From a virus (taxonomy: Duplodnaviria; Caudoviricetes), in the IMG/VR virus record IMGVR_UViG_3300020050_014713, positions 19,713 through 83,712 of that record: a DNA stretch of 64,000 nucleotides; one strand, written 5' to 3'. Positions within the stretch are counted from its first letter, which is position 1; each line of letters starts with the position of its first letter. This document shows positions 45,106-54,944 of the stretch, one piece after another. The notes beneath the pieces were generated by a model that was not told where the DNA came from, ran no database searches, and saw only the letters and a program-made list of their open reading frames with translations. The translations under genes and the position numbers were made by a program.

Positions 45106-45662
45106 TGCAGTATTTTAGTGGATTATTTTATCAAGAAACTCCCAATGCCAGTGTAACGGACTTAACTCCTCCGACTTTTGCTGGAATAGATAGCGTATCT
45201 GATAGACCAAATGGTTCTTTAAGAGTACAATGGTTAGCTGCAACTGACTCTACAACTCCTATTAGGTACGAAATTTATGTTCAAGCCAGTACAGCAACTG
45301 GTTTGTTTAATACTGCAAACATAGCATTAGTATGTAATTCTTTGAGTCAGGATGTTTATCAACTAGCCAATGGCAGTAACTTAATTAAAGGAACTGTTTA
45401 TCATGTTGGAGTTAGAGCAGTTGATGCTGTTGGAAATAGAGATTCTAATCTAGTTAGCTTAAGCGAAACTTCTGTTGGAGTTTTGGACGACGACTTGGCT
45501 ACCATTGCCGCAAGTTTAGCAGCGACTCAAGTATCTTTTGCTGCAACACAAGCATCCTTAGCTGTATCTGAAGCTAGTTTGGCAGTAAGTGCTCCTTCTA
45601 TTGCTGCAGATGCTGATAGAATTGAAAATGCTGCTAACTTACTACTTTCTACGGTATTATAA
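45105..45662 (+). CDS. Fibronectin type III-like virion protein with C-terminal Ala-rich coiled coil
   Basis: PPTFAG...LRVQWLAA...YEIY...YHVGVRAVDAVGN; start re-called to the ATG at 45105. Confidence 0.7.
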   Translation: MQYFSGLFYQETPNASVTDLTPPTFAGIDSVSDRPNGSLRVQWLAATDSTTPIRYEIYVQASTATGLFNTANIALVCNSLSQDVYQLANGSNLIKGTVYHVGVRAVDAVGNRDSNLVSLSETSVGVLDDDLATIAASLAATQVSFAATQASLAVSEASLAVSAPSIAADADRIENAANLLLSTVL

Positions 45663-45664
45663 TT

Positions 45665-46153
45665 ATGAGTAGAATTGTAATAGGTTTTTCAAGAGCTAAG
45701 GGATTTAAACTTTTTAGTAAGTTTATAATGTTGTTTGAAAAAACTAACTATTCTCACGTATTTATTAAGGTTTATAATTCTGAATTTGGGGACTATGATA
45801 TTTATCAAGCCTCCAAAGGGATGGTAAACCATGTTCTAGAAACAAGCTTCTTAGAAAAGAATATCGTTGTTCAAGAATTTGCTGTAAATGTTCCAGAAGT
45901 TGATAAGCTAAATGCTGTTAATTTTTTAAGGACTAGATTAGGTAAACCATATTCTTTTTTGTCCCTAGCAATTATATTCCTACGACGATTTGGCATTAGC
46001 CTACGGTCTTTTTCTGACGGCGAAAAGGCTTATATTTGCTCCGAATTAGCGGCTTTGCTACTTAATAATTTTGTATTAAAAAACTTAAAATGTAATTTAG
46101 ATTTAGTGACTCCCAAACAACTGCACCATATTTTGCAGAATTTGAAAGAGTAA
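45665..46153 (+). CDS. Permuted papain-like amidase (YiiX/YebB, permuted NlpC/P60)
   Basis: His before Cys: YSHV, then GKPYS, then YICSEL. Confidence 0.8.
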   Translation: MSRIVIGFSRAKGFKLFSKFIMLFEKTNYSHVFIKVYNSEFGDYDIYQASKGMVNHVLETSFLEKNIVVQEFAVNVPEVDKLNAVNFLRTRLGKPYSFLSLAIIFLRRFGISLRSFSDGEKAYICSELAALLLNNFVLKNLKCNLDLVTPKQLHHILQNLKE

Positions 46154-46192
46154 CTAGTTGTTTTTATTGGGTATATTAGTAAATTAACTGAC

Positions 46193-46203
46193 TTTCTAAC
46201 TAT
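46193..46203 (+). promoter_or_regulatory. TTTCTAACTAT motif, copy 4
   Basis: Intergenic, before the acidic ORF, adaptor and nozzle genes. Confidence 0.5.
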
Positions 46204-46213
46204 AAGAAAGCAC

Positions 46214-46597
46214 TTGGAGATGAGTATGATGAATGAAATCAAAGACCTACTAAAAAAGAAAGCTGCTGGTGGCTACAAGCCTATGTCCAAAATGGAACAA
46301 GATTCCAAAATGGAAATGCTTGATGAGCTAGAAAACTTGGCTGACGAAGGCATTGCTAAGAAGATGCAAAAAGTCACCGTTGCCGCTCCCGATCAGGAAG
46401 GTCTTAAAGCCGGTTTAGAAATCGCTGAAGACAAAGTTGAAGAAATGGGAGAATCTGAAGGCTTAGGCGAAGTTGAAGAAGAATCTGATGAAATGGATTC
46501 TAGCCTTCCAGAAATGAAACAAGATATGTCATCTGAAGAAATTGACAAAATGATGAAACATCTTGAAAAAATGAAGCTCAAAAAGATGAACGGCTAA
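46214..46597 (+). CDS. Acidic, Met/Glu-rich low-complexity protein
   Basis: ORF in the virion module. Confidence 0.7.
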   Translation: MEMSMMNEIKDLLKKKAAGGYKPMSKMEQDSKMEMLDELENLADEGIAKKMQKVTVAAPDQEGLKAGLEIAEDKVEEMGESEGLGEVEEESDEMDSSLPEMKQDMSSEEIDKMMKHLEKMKLKKMNG

Positions 46598-46598
46598 T

Positions 46599-47765
46599 AT
46601 GGCAGGCAAAGCTCCATACTTAACTAGTACTACTTTCGTAGAATCAGTTCGGCGCAGATGTTCTTTGCCTGAATCAGATAGCTTATACTCTGAGGATGAT
46701 ATCCTAGAATTAGGCAACGATCAGATTCAAGAAACTCTAGTTCCTACCATTAAAGCAACTCAAGAAGAATACTTTGTTGCTCACAAACTAGTGCCAATTG
46801 AACCTGCAAAATCAAAGTATCCTATTCCAGAAAGGGCTGTAGCTAATCAGTTAAGAGCTTTGAGCTATATTGATAGCAGCAATCAGGAATATAGGCTTAC
46901 TAGGATTCAAAGAGAAGACAGGTACGATTTCCAATTTAACAGCGATCAGCCATATTGTTTTTTTATTGAAAACGACTCTGTTATTTTGTATCCAGAAATT
47001 GTTAGCGACGACGGCAGCTTAAAGTTTACATACCTACTAAGACCTAACAATTTAGTGTCTAGTAGTAGAGTGGGTAAAATCCAATCTACAAGTGAAGGGT
47101 TTGTTTTAGTTTCTTCTATATCGGTTGGAACTTCTACTACGTTTATAACTACAACTCCACACACTTTGTCTAGCGGCGAAACGGTCACTATTGGTTCGGT
47201 TACTGGAGCTAGCAACTCTTTACTAAATACCAGTCATGTAGTTACAGTTGTTGATAGCAATACCTTTACTGTGCCCGTGGATACTTCCGCACTTGGACCA
47301 TTCGCTGCAGGAGTTGTATACAATAATACAACTAATTATGTTTTAAACAACCTCCCCACTATTTTTTCAACTGCAGATACTATTGATTTTCTAAAGAGTA
47401 AATCTCCACATAATACATTGTCAATTGATGTATATCCAAAAGTTTTAAATTTTATTACAAAAACTATAAACTTTAAAAACTCCGATATCCCAGATACTTT
47501 GGAGCTTGGAGACACTGTAGCTTTATCATACGAAACAGACATTCCTGGGGTGCCAACAGAACTTCATAGGCACTTAGTTACTCTTACTTGCGAATTGGTT
47601 CTAGAGGGCATTAAAGATGCTCAGGGACTTGGCTTTGCTAAAGCAAGGTCTGCTCAATCAAAACAAAACGCTGAAATTTTAATCGAGAATAGGGTAACTG
47701 GTTCTCCTTTAAAAATTAAACCTAGTTTCGGTCTTCTAAAAGGAAATCGAAGAAAGAGGTTCTAA
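46599..47765 (+). CDS. Head-tail adaptor (T7 gp11/P22 gp4-like) with FCCH-like insert
   Basis: N-terminal helix bundle, KYPIP, IPGVPTELH; position before the nozzle. Confidence 0.65.
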   Translation: MAGKAPYLTSTTFVESVRRRCSLPESDSLYSEDDILELGNDQIQETLVPTIKATQEEYFVAHKLVPIEPAKSKYPIPERAVANQLRALSYIDSSNQEYRLTRIQREDRYDFQFNSDQPYCFFIENDSVILYPEIVSDDGSLKFTYLLRPNNLVSSSRVGKIQSTSEGFVLVSSISVGTSTTFITTTPHTLSSGETVTIGSVTGASNSLLNTSHVVTVVDSNTFTVPVDTSALGPFAAGVVYNNTTNYVLNNLPTIFSTADTIDFLKSKSPHNTLSIDVYPKVLNFITKTINFKNSDIPDTLELGDTVALSYETDIPGVPTELHRHLVTLTCELVLEGIKDAQGLGFAKARSAQSKQNAEILIENRVTGSPLKIKPSFGLLKGNRRKRF

Positions 47766-50700
47766 GTGCCGCAACAAATAGTAAACCTAAAGATTGCAGG
47801 TTTAAATACTAATGCTCAGTATATCGGAGAAGTGCCTCCCGGCGCTCTTCTAGAGGCTTCCAATTTTAACCATGATAGATTGGGAATACTTGAGAAACGT
47901 CGTGGATTCTTTTTGTACGGTGATTTACTATCTAGTTCTTCTTATAGAGTAAAAGAGTTATTTACTTACAAAGAAAGAATTTTTCGCCACTACGAAACTA
48001 AGTTAGATTGGGACAACGGTAGCGGAACTTTTACTCAGTTTTCTGGCGACTACACAGAACCTGAATCTGCTAGACTAAGAATCAAAACTCAAGAAAGTAA
48101 TGGCAATTTATACATTACTACTAATAAAGGCATTAAAAAACTTAGTGCTAATAGTTCTGCAGATTTTACTAATGGAATTACTGACGCTGGTGGAAAAAAT
48201 GCTCTCAATCTTAAAGCTAGTGCCAATTATGTTAATGCTGGGTTTTTACCTGCACTGTCTAAAGTTGCGTACACAGTTACTTGGGCGTATAAAGACCTAA
48301 ATAACAATCTAATAATTGGCAAACCAAGTTCCACTGCAATTGTTTCTAATACTTCAGAAACTAATAGCTGTACTGTAGATTTAACTTTTCAAATACCTGA
48401 TGACATAACATCAGACTACTTTTACCAAGTTTACCGCAGTGCTTTTGTAACTACTACCGATATAAATGAATTAGCTGACCTAGTTCCAGAAGCTGAATTT
48501 TTTCTAGTTATTGAAGATTTTCCAGCTACTCTTACTGGAACTGTAACTATTAACGATATTACTCCAGAAGATTTTAGAATTGGAGCTACTCCACTATATA
48601 CCAATCCAATTTCTGGAGAAGGTATCCTACAGGCTAATGAAATTCCTCCCATTGCAAATGACATTACCTTATATAAAAATTACATGTTCTTTGGTAACAC
48701 AAAGACTAAATACAAACTAACTTCCTCTTTACTTAGCACTGATTCGTTTGTGTCTAGTGACACTAAACTTGTAGTAACCACTGGGGATACTACAGAAACT
48801 TATACTTTTGTTGGTCAAGAGGCTGAATCCACCATAGTATTTGCCACTGCCAACTACGCTTCTAAAGCTGCTTTAAAAGGAACCTACTTTCTATTGCGAT
48901 CAGCGTCTAATGAAATTGTAGCCTTTGTGTGGTTTGACGACGATGGAACTACAACCGAACCATCCAACGCAGAAACTTCCGGCAAGATGGGAGTTAAGGT
49001 TGATTTGTCTTCTCTTGGCGCTACTCCTACAAATGAACAAATAGTAGATGAGGTTATCTCAACTCTACTAAATAGCCTATACTTTACTGGATCTAAAACC
49101 GGAACTGGCATTAACGTTACTCTTACTATAGCAAACGATTTTAACGGAAACACCAGTCCCTGGCACCTTCAGAATAGTTCTACTGTTCCTGTTCCAGCTC
49201 CTGCTGGCGGTACCATTACTTTTAATGATCAGGTAGTGGCTGGTGATGGAGAAGATGCTGCTTTAAAACATATCCTACTATCTTCTAAGCCTACTCCAGG
49301 TCAAAGAGTAGAAGAAACCGCTCAGTCTATTGTAGAAATAATTAATGCTCAGGCTGGCGGGCTTTTAATTGCAACTTATACTTCTGGACTAGGTGAAATT
49401 CCCGGTCAAATGCTTTTAGAAACTCGTACTATTACCGGAACTGCATTTTATATTGGCATTGAAGAAACTACCCCTGGCGCAAATACAAAATTTAATCCAC
49501 AACTTCCAAGCATTAAATCGGTATCTAGTTATACACAAGCCAATCCTGCGGTACTAACAGTTCCAACTCACGGCTATTCTACTGGAAATAGCGTAGTGCT
49601 ATTTAATACATCCGGAGATAGTCCTAATATTGATGGCAAAAGAACCATCACAGTACTATCCGCAAATACTTTTTCTATTCCTGTTAATACTTCTGTAGGT
49701 TCTCTGGGAACTGGCACTAAGGTTATGTTGGCTTCTAGTGCAGCCGACAATGAAGTTAATCCCAATAGGATCTTCTTTAGTAAGCTACAGCAGCCGGAAG
49801 CTGTTCCTATCGTAAACTTTTTTGATGTTGGAAGAAAAGATAAAGTAATCCAGCGTATTATAGCTTTACGAGACAGTTTATTTATTTTTAAAGAAGATGG
49901 CATTTTCAGATTGTCCGGGGAAGCTCCGCAAAACTTTTCAATTGCATTATTTGATCCTACAAATATTATGCTTTCTCCTGACACCGGATCTATTCTCAGC
50001 AATGAAATTTGCGCACTGACTAATAGGGGCGTAGTAGTAGTTTCTGATACTGGTGTTCAGACCATATCAAAACCTATTGAAAACTTGCTAAATAAAGCAA
50101 TTCTAAACGCAGCATTTAAAAGACAGTCGTTTGCAGTATCTAGTGAAAACGACAGGTCATACCATTTATTTATTACCGAAAAAACTACAGACACCGTAGC
50201 CACTCAATGTTTTAGGTATAATAATGACACTAGTAGTTGGACTAAATGGTCTGTGTCAAAAACCTGTGGAGTATTAAATTCTTCAGATGACAAGATTTAT
50301 CTTGGTGCTGCTGACACAAATCAAATAGAAAAAGAAAGAAAAACTTTAGATAGAACTGACCATGTGGACCGAGAGTTTACTGTTCAGATTAATGCTGGCG
50401 GTATTGCTAACAATATTGTGTCTAGCTTATCCACTCTTACAAATGTTGAAATTGGAGATGTTCTATTTCAACAACAATACCTAACCATTGCTCAAACTAA
50501 TATTTTATTGCGTAAATTAGATTTAGACTTGCTTCTAGACAAGCCCATTACTACCATTACAACAGGAGTAGCTACTACTTTTGCTGTTACAGGGCACGGG
50601 TTAGTTACTGGAGAGTACGCTCTACTTACTGGAATAACAGGAACTGGAGCAGATGTTTTAAACGGTATTCATCAAGTAATTGTATTGGATGCTAATACTT

Positions 50701-51518
50701 TTACCATTGCCATCAATAGTCAAATTTATACAGCATTTGGCGGTAAAGCTAAATATTCCTTCAATTCTAACTTAGAAGCCGTTGCTGGTATAAATATTAT
50801 TAATAAGCTGGCATCTATTTGCACTAAATTACAGCTATTTCTTACAGATTCCTTTTCCGATTCTAATAGCTATACTGGGTTTTATGGAAACGGAAGTGGA
50901 TTTATTTACGACACCAGCAATCCTCCAAATGATTGGGTAGAAGCTCAGACCGTATTTAATTTTGCAATGGATAGATTAAATGAATCTTCTGAGGTTCAAT
51001 TTACAAATTATAGGTATTCTGACGATACATCAAACTTTGAGCAGCTAATTGTTGATAAAGATGCCACTGCAATGGTAGTAACTCTTTCTGGAAGTCCTTT
51101 ATTCCTAGAAGGCGACACTACTGTATACAAGGGAATTAACTCCCTAGTTACTTGGGTTCCAAATCCCTCTGGAGATCCTAGCGTTTTGAAACATGCGTCC
51201 AGTGCGACAGTTATTTTTGATAATCAAGGGTTTTCTGGCGGGGAAATACGGTATTCCAGCGATTTGAGTAAAGGATTTGATGGTAGAGAGTTTGTTGCTG
51301 AAGGAACTGGTATTTTTGGTCAGAATGGGTTTGGGGAAGAAGGTTTTGGGGGTGTATCCTCTAGTGAACCTGTAAGAACTTTAGTTCCTCGTAATAAAGC
51401 TATGCATAGGTACATTTCATGCCAATTTAGGCATTTAAACGCCCGAGAAGCGGTTTACATCTTCGGCATGTCTCTTACCATAGAGATGGTGTCTGAGAGG
51501 GCTTATAAGGGCAAATAA
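47766..51518 (+). CDS. Tail nozzle / tubular protein B (T7 gp12/P22 gp10-like), 1250 aa
   Basis: Beta-propeller-like repeats, NRIFFSK, LFIFKEDGIF, WTKW; two FCCH-like inserts. Confidence 0.75.
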   Translation: MPQQIVNLKIAGLNTNAQYIGEVPPGALLEASNFNHDRLGILEKRRGFFLYGDLLSSSSYRVKELFTYKERIFRHYETKLDWDNGSGTFTQFSGDYTEPESARLRIKTQESNGNLYITTNKGIKKLSANSSADFTNGITDAGGKNALNLKASANYVNAGFLPALSKVAYTVTWAYKDLNNNLIIGKPSSTAIVSNTSETNSCTVDLTFQIPDDITSDYFYQVYRSAFVTTTDINELADLVPEAEFFLVIEDFPATLTGTVTINDITPEDFRIGATPLYTNPISGEGILQANEIPPIANDITLYKNYMFFGNTKTKYKLTSSLLSTDSFVSSDTKLVVTTGDTTETYTFVGQEAESTIVFATANYASKAALKGTYFLLRSASNEIVAFVWFDDDGTTTEPSNAETSGKMGVKVDLSSLGATPTNEQIVDEVISTLLNSLYFTGSKTGTGINVTLTIANDFNGNTSPWHLQNSSTVPVPAPAGGTITFNDQVVAGDGEDAALKHILLSSKPTPGQRVEETAQSIVEIINAQAGGLLIATYTSGLGEIPGQMLLETRTITGTAFYIGIEETTPGANTKFNPQLPSIKSVSSYTQANPAVLTVPTHGYSTGNSVVLFNTSGDSPNIDGKRTITVLSANTFSIPVNTSVGSLGTGTKVMLASSAADNEVNPNRIFFSKLQQPEAVPIVNFFDVGRKDKVIQRIIALRDSLFIFKEDGIFRLSGEAPQNFSIALFDPTNIMLSPDTGSILSNEICALTNRGVVVVSDTGVQTISKPIENLLNKAILNAAFKRQSFAVSSENDRSYHLFITEKTTDTVATQCFRYNNDTSSWTKWSVSKTCGVLNSSDDKIYLGAADTNQIEKERKTLDRTDHVDREFTVQINAGGIANNIVSSLSTLTNVEIGDVLFQQQYLTIAQTNILLRKLDLDLLLDKPITTITTGVATTFAVTGHGLVTGEYALLTGITGTGADVLNGIHQVIVLDANTFTIAINSQIYTAFGGKAKYSFNSNLEAVAGINIINKLASICTKLQLFLTDSFSDSNSYTGFYGNGSGFIYDTSNPPNDWVEAQTVFNFAMDRLNESSEVQFTNYRYSDDTSNFEQLIVDKDATAMVVTLSGSPLFLEGDTTVYKGINSLVTWVPNPSGDPSVLKHASSATVIFDNQGFSGGEIRYSSDLSKGFDGREFVAEGTGIFGQNGFGEEGFGGVSSSEPVRTLVPRNKAMHRYISCQFRHLNAREAVYIFGMSLTIEMVSERAYKGK

Positions 51519-51537
51519 ACGGTAATAGAGAGGGTTT

Positions 51538-51810
51538 ATGGACAGCATGTTGGCTAAAAAACGAATGGAAGAGGGTACCTTGGACGATGAAGGTACAATT
51601 GGGGTACTTCCTGGGGAAGAAGATTCTAGTAAAAAGAGTAAATTTTTAGAAGTACTCGGTAAGTTTGGAAGTGGTATGGCGGATAGTGGTGCTTCTGCAA
51701 TGCCAAAACAACTCGATACATCTATGAATTTACAAGGATTTGCCAACCAGCAAGCTGCTCCTATGCAATCTAAGTATATGAATTTGCGCAAGCTATACGG
51801 ACTTGAATGA
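51538..51810 (+). CDS. Hypothetical virion-module protein
   Basis: GAGG RBS; packed. Confidence 0.6.
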   Translation: MDSMLAKKRMEEGTLDDEGTIGVLPGEEDSSKKSKFLEVLGKFGSGMADSGASAMPKQLDTSMNLQGFANQQAAPMQSKYMNLRKLYGLE

Positions 51811-52436
51811 AAATAAGTGGTAGTAGGCGTCTATTAAAGGAAGACTTCAGGTCCGAAGACCAAGAATTAGTTGGAAGGATTGGTTTTGCCTTAAATCCAC
51901 TACTTGAGCAACTTTATCTTATTTTTAACAAGAGAATTACAATTGGAGATAACCTAGACCAGGAATTTCGAGAAGTTACTCTAGAGGTTGATCAACTAGG
52001 CGCTCCAGTAAACCAGATTCTTTTAAAATCTCCTATTAGTAAAATCAATGCTATACAAGTTGCCGACTATAAAATAGCTTCAGCTTCCCAAGCCATTGCA
52101 ATAAGTTCAATAGCTGCAGGAGATTCATCCATTGTTACAACTACGCAACCCCATGGATTTACTAGCGGACAATACGTTACATTAGGTTCAACAAATAGTA
52201 CTCCAAATATTAACGGAAGCTTTAAAATTACTGTAAAAAATGATACAATGTTTGAAGTTCCCAAGCTTACTACTGTAAGCGGAAGTGCTGGAAATGTCGT
52301 TAGTTTAGATAGTTCTATCATGTCTTTTCCATTTGTTACGTTTAGGCAAGATGGCACTACTACTAAAATTTTACAGATTACTGGGCTAAATCCAAATACT
52401 AAGTATAAACTTAAATTTTGGATAATTGGACAATAA
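51807..52436 (+). CDS. Tail-associated protein with FCCH-like insert
   Basis: TQPHGFTSGQYVTL...NINGSFKIT. Confidence 0.7.
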   Translation: MKISGSRRLLKEDFRSEDQELVGRIGFALNPLLEQLYLIFNKRITIGDNLDQEFREVTLEVDQLGAPVNQILLKSPISKINAIQVADYKIASASQAIAISSIAAGDSSIVTTTQPHGFTSGQYVTLGSTNSTPNINGSFKITVKNDTMFEVPKLTTVSGSAGNVVSLDSSIMSFPFVTFRQDGTTTKILQITGLNPNTKYKLKFWIIGQ

Positions 52437-54519
52437 GGATTCTAACTGTATAAGTATGGATTATTTAAACGACGAAGAAAAAAAGAAACAACAGCAACAA
52501 GGACAGGTTTCTGCTCCAAGTGGTCAAGTTGTTACAGGTCAACCTGTTCAAGGTCAATCCGTACAAGCTCCTGCTGACAACGCAAATAAAGTTGCCGGTA
52601 GTGGAAGGTTCCAGAATCTACAGAAATTTATTGGAGCTAATCAAGGCGCTGGACAACAACTTGGTAGTAAGATTAGCCAAGACATTACAAAAAATCAACA
52701 AAACGTTCAAAATAAAATTGATACTCAACAGCAAAATATTAAAAATGCAGTTGAGGCTGAAAAAACTAGAATGCAGAGTGCTCAGGGTCTAGTTACTCAA
52801 GCAACTCAAGACGCGTCTACTTTCTTAGGCAATGATCAAAATAAACAACAATTACAATCTGCTCTTAGCGGACAGTATCAACAACAAGAAGTTAACAACC
52901 TTCCAGAACTTCAGCAAAATCTACAAGGACTACAGCAAAAAGCTGCGCAGGTAGGTTCTGAGGGTGGAAGATTTGATTTGCTTCGTCAAAATTTTGGTTT
53001 GCCATCTTATAGCCGTGGTGCTGCACGCCTAGATCAGCTACTACTACAGACTGCGCCAGATGCTCTAAACCAAATTAGCTCTACTGCACAAAAAACATCT
53101 CAGCAGCAAACTGCGCTTTCTGGACTACAGGATTTAACTACAGCTAGCAATACTGACTTAAATGCACTAGCCACTTCTACTGCCGACAGTCTAAATTCTA
53201 CCTTAATGGGAGATATTACTAATAAACGCGGAGCTATTGGACAACGTGCTCAAGACGCACTTACTGGGTTACAAGGTAAAAAAACTGCCATTGAAGAGAA
53301 GCTTAAAACCGCTACAGCACTATCTTCAGAAGAAATGGATGCTCTTGGTATTCCAGCAGCACAACGCACAGTATTCAATGAACTAGTGTCTTTGCGTGGA
53401 CCTGAAATTCTAAATCGTATTACAGTCCAAAATGCAGATAATACTAAATATGATATTACTGGAGATGCTTTAAGTTCTTATCAGAAAGCAAACTTATTAG
53501 ATCGTGTAAATAATGGCGTAATTTCTGAAATGGAATATCGTCGCGATCCACGTCTACAGATGGCACAATACTTAAAAGATATTGATGCTAGCCAGTTTAA
53601 CGAACAGAATGCTGTTAGTGCTGATGAAATGGAAGACATTAACATGCTCAATCAATTGTTGGGCAAAGGCGACGTATATCAGAAACCTGGTAGTTTACCG
53701 GGCACTTTGGGATATGACTACAGCACTGCCATTGGCAGAGGTCTTTCTGACATTGCTCCACAGTATACTTATGGAGAACAGACTGGAGAGTTTACCGATC
53801 AGGCTACTGGCAGTACCTTTGGGTCTTTATTGCCAGCTCTAATGGCTAATCCAGAAGCTGCTGCTCTTTATGGTCTAAATCCCATGGTAACTAGTAGTAT
53901 GTTAGGTGCAGATGTTGCAAATACTGCTGTAGTACAACCAGCATTAAATACCATAAATAGTGTAGCCAACATGGCACCGGCTCCTCTAAGAATAGCTGCT
54001 GCCGCTCCTTTGGAGCTTAGTAGAGTTGCTGCTAACGTTGCTTCCGATGTTGCAAGCAAAGCTGCTAAGACAGTCTCTAATGCTGTGTCGTCTATCTTCT
54101 GTTTTGCCAAAGATACTATGGTTGAAATGGCAGATGGTACAGAAAAAGCTATTCAAGATATCAAGCTTGGGGATGTTGTTGCCCTTGGTGGACGAGTAGT
54201 AGCTCACGGTAGCGGCTATTGTGATAGTATTTACGACTATAAAGGAATTAAAGCTTCTGAAAGTCACACTGTCTATCATTATGGCGAATTTATGCGTTTA
54301 AAAAATTGTCCGGACGCTAAATTCTATACCAATGAAGAAACTGTTGTTTATCCAATTTGTACCGAAAGGCATTTGATAGTTTCTAATGCTAAAATCTTTA
54401 CCGATACATACGAACATGATGATCAAGATTTAACTTACGAAGAAATTATCTATGAACTTAATAGCGATCACAAAAAGATTATCTTAGTAGAAGATTACCT
54501 ATATAAGAGAACTCGATGA
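52426..54519 (+). CDS. Putative internal virion/ejection protein with C-terminal Hint domain
   Basis: Gln/Ala-rich helical body; Hint begins at C559 (CFAKDTMVEMADG). Confidence 0.8.
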   Translation: MDNKDSNCISMDYLNDEEKKKQQQQGQVSAPSGQVVTGQPVQGQSVQAPADNANKVAGSGRFQNLQKFIGANQGAGQQLGSKISQDITKNQQNVQNKIDTQQQNIKNAVEAEKTRMQSAQGLVTQATQDASTFLGNDQNKQQLQSALSGQYQQQEVNNLPELQQNLQGLQQKAAQVGSEGGRFDLLRQNFGLPSYSRGAARLDQLLLQTAPDALNQISSTAQKTSQQQTALSGLQDLTTASNTDLNALATSTADSLNSTLMGDITNKRGAIGQRAQDALTGLQGKKTAIEEKLKTATALSSEEMDALGIPAAQRTVFNELVSLRGPEILNRITVQNADNTKYDITGDALSSYQKANLLDRVNNGVISEMEYRRDPRLQMAQYLKDIDASQFNEQNAVSADEMEDINMLNQLLGKGDVYQKPGSLPGTLGYDYSTAIGRGLSDIAPQYTYGEQTGEFTDQATGSTFGSLLPALMANPEAAALYGLNPMVTSSMLGADVANTAVVQPALNTINSVANMAPAPLRIAAAAPLELSRVAANVASDVASKAAKTVSNAVSSIFCFAKDTMVEMADGTEKAIQDIKLGDVVALGGRVVAHGSGYCDSIYDYKGIKASESHTVYHYGEFMRLKNCPDAKFYTNEETVVYPICTERHLIVSNAKIFTDTYEHDDQDLTYEEIIYELNSDHKKIILVEDYLYKRTR
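54100..54405 (+). other. Hint (Hedgehog/intein) domain 1
   Basis: Block A CFAKDT-V-MADG...IKLGD, block B SESH, block F VYPICTE, ends FTD with no His-Asn. Confidence 0.85.
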
Positions 54520-54944
54520 TGCTTATTAGAGGCTATAAACCGGAAGATTATTCCACTCTTTGTAAGTGGTTTGATGCCATTCAATGGTCACACTGGGATG
54601 AAAAACTTATCTCTCCTTATTCCTATATTATTTCTTACAATGATCAAGATGTTGCTTTTTCTAGTTACTTTAAACTTGAAGGTACAGTTGGTTCTATTTT
54701 AGGATTTACAATAGCTGATAGTACATTTAGAGAAGATGTAAGATCTGAATGTTTGGATGCTCTGTTGAATCATGTATTTAAAGAAGCTAAGAATAATGGT
54801 GTGCAGTACATGCACTACTACACTGATAGTAAATCTATGGTTAAAAGGCTAAGTGACCGTCATGATATGACCATTACAGATAACGGGGACGCCTATATCC
54901 TATTAAAAGTATTTGGTGCTGATGGTAGGTTTTTAAATGAATAA
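54516..54944 (+). CDS. GNAT-fold acetyltransferase-like protein
   Basis: IRGYKPEDY start; beta-alpha pattern ...LDALLNHVFKEAKNNG. Confidence 0.65.
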   Translation: MMLIRGYKPEDYSTLCKWFDAIQWSHWDEKLISPYSYIISYNDQDVAFSSYFKLEGTVGSILGFTIADSTFREDVRSECLDALLNHVFKEAKNNGVQYMHYYTDSKSMVKRLSDRHDMTITDNGDAYILLKVFGADGRFLNE

